DNA of 64,000 bases from Eimeria praecox (taxonomy: Eukaryota): NCBI GenBank assembly GCA_963920595.1, contig OY986946.1:3720001-3784000 (forward strand), in the 5' to 3' direction. Below the pieces are notes generated by a model, which made no database searches, was not told the DNA's origin, and saw only the letters and a program-made list of their open reading frames with translations. Position numbers and translations under genes: made by a program. Shown here in pieces: positions 56,893 through 64,000 of the stretch (positions are counted from its first letter, which is position 1; every line of letters begins with the position of its first letter).

Positions 56893-64000
<7,108 letters not shown>

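Overview
Eukaryotic, intron-containing DNA from an apicomplexan, almost certainly an Eimeria species. Inferred from pervasive CAG/CTG triplets (translated as poly-Q/A/S), interstitial telomere-like AAACCCT heptamers, TGCATGCA octamers and GGGGCCCC palindromes. The window is gene-dense and repeat-rich, with one 200-N assembly gap. Gene models were rebuilt by hand using GT-AG splice sites and reading-phase checks. In order: SURF6/Rrp14 (-), RIO1 kinase (+), a 1196-aa single-exon low-complexity TM protein with an RRL motif (-), a 116-aa single-TM protein (-), SmF (+), ISD11/LYRM4 (+), importin-7/8-like (-, 12 exons), a saccharopine-dehydrogenase-like oxidoreductase (+), a NIPA-type Mg transporter (-), a sodium:solute symporter (-) and NEMF/Rqc2 (+, running off the window). 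Most entries in the ORF track are repeat-generated shadow frames. No prokaryote-type system, RNA gene or clear mobile element was seen. The most interesting signals are non-coding: (i) introns whose two ends carry inverted telomeric-repeat arms; (ii) a recurrent GGTGTA-NN-TACACC palindrome, with two extended copies about 240 bp past stop codons; (iii) decaying 'echo' copies of exon boundaries inside introns; (iv) an apparent ~180-bp periodicity of AT tracts; (v) a 47-bp duplication that frameshifts the symporter. Functional interpretations are inferences; no searches were run.
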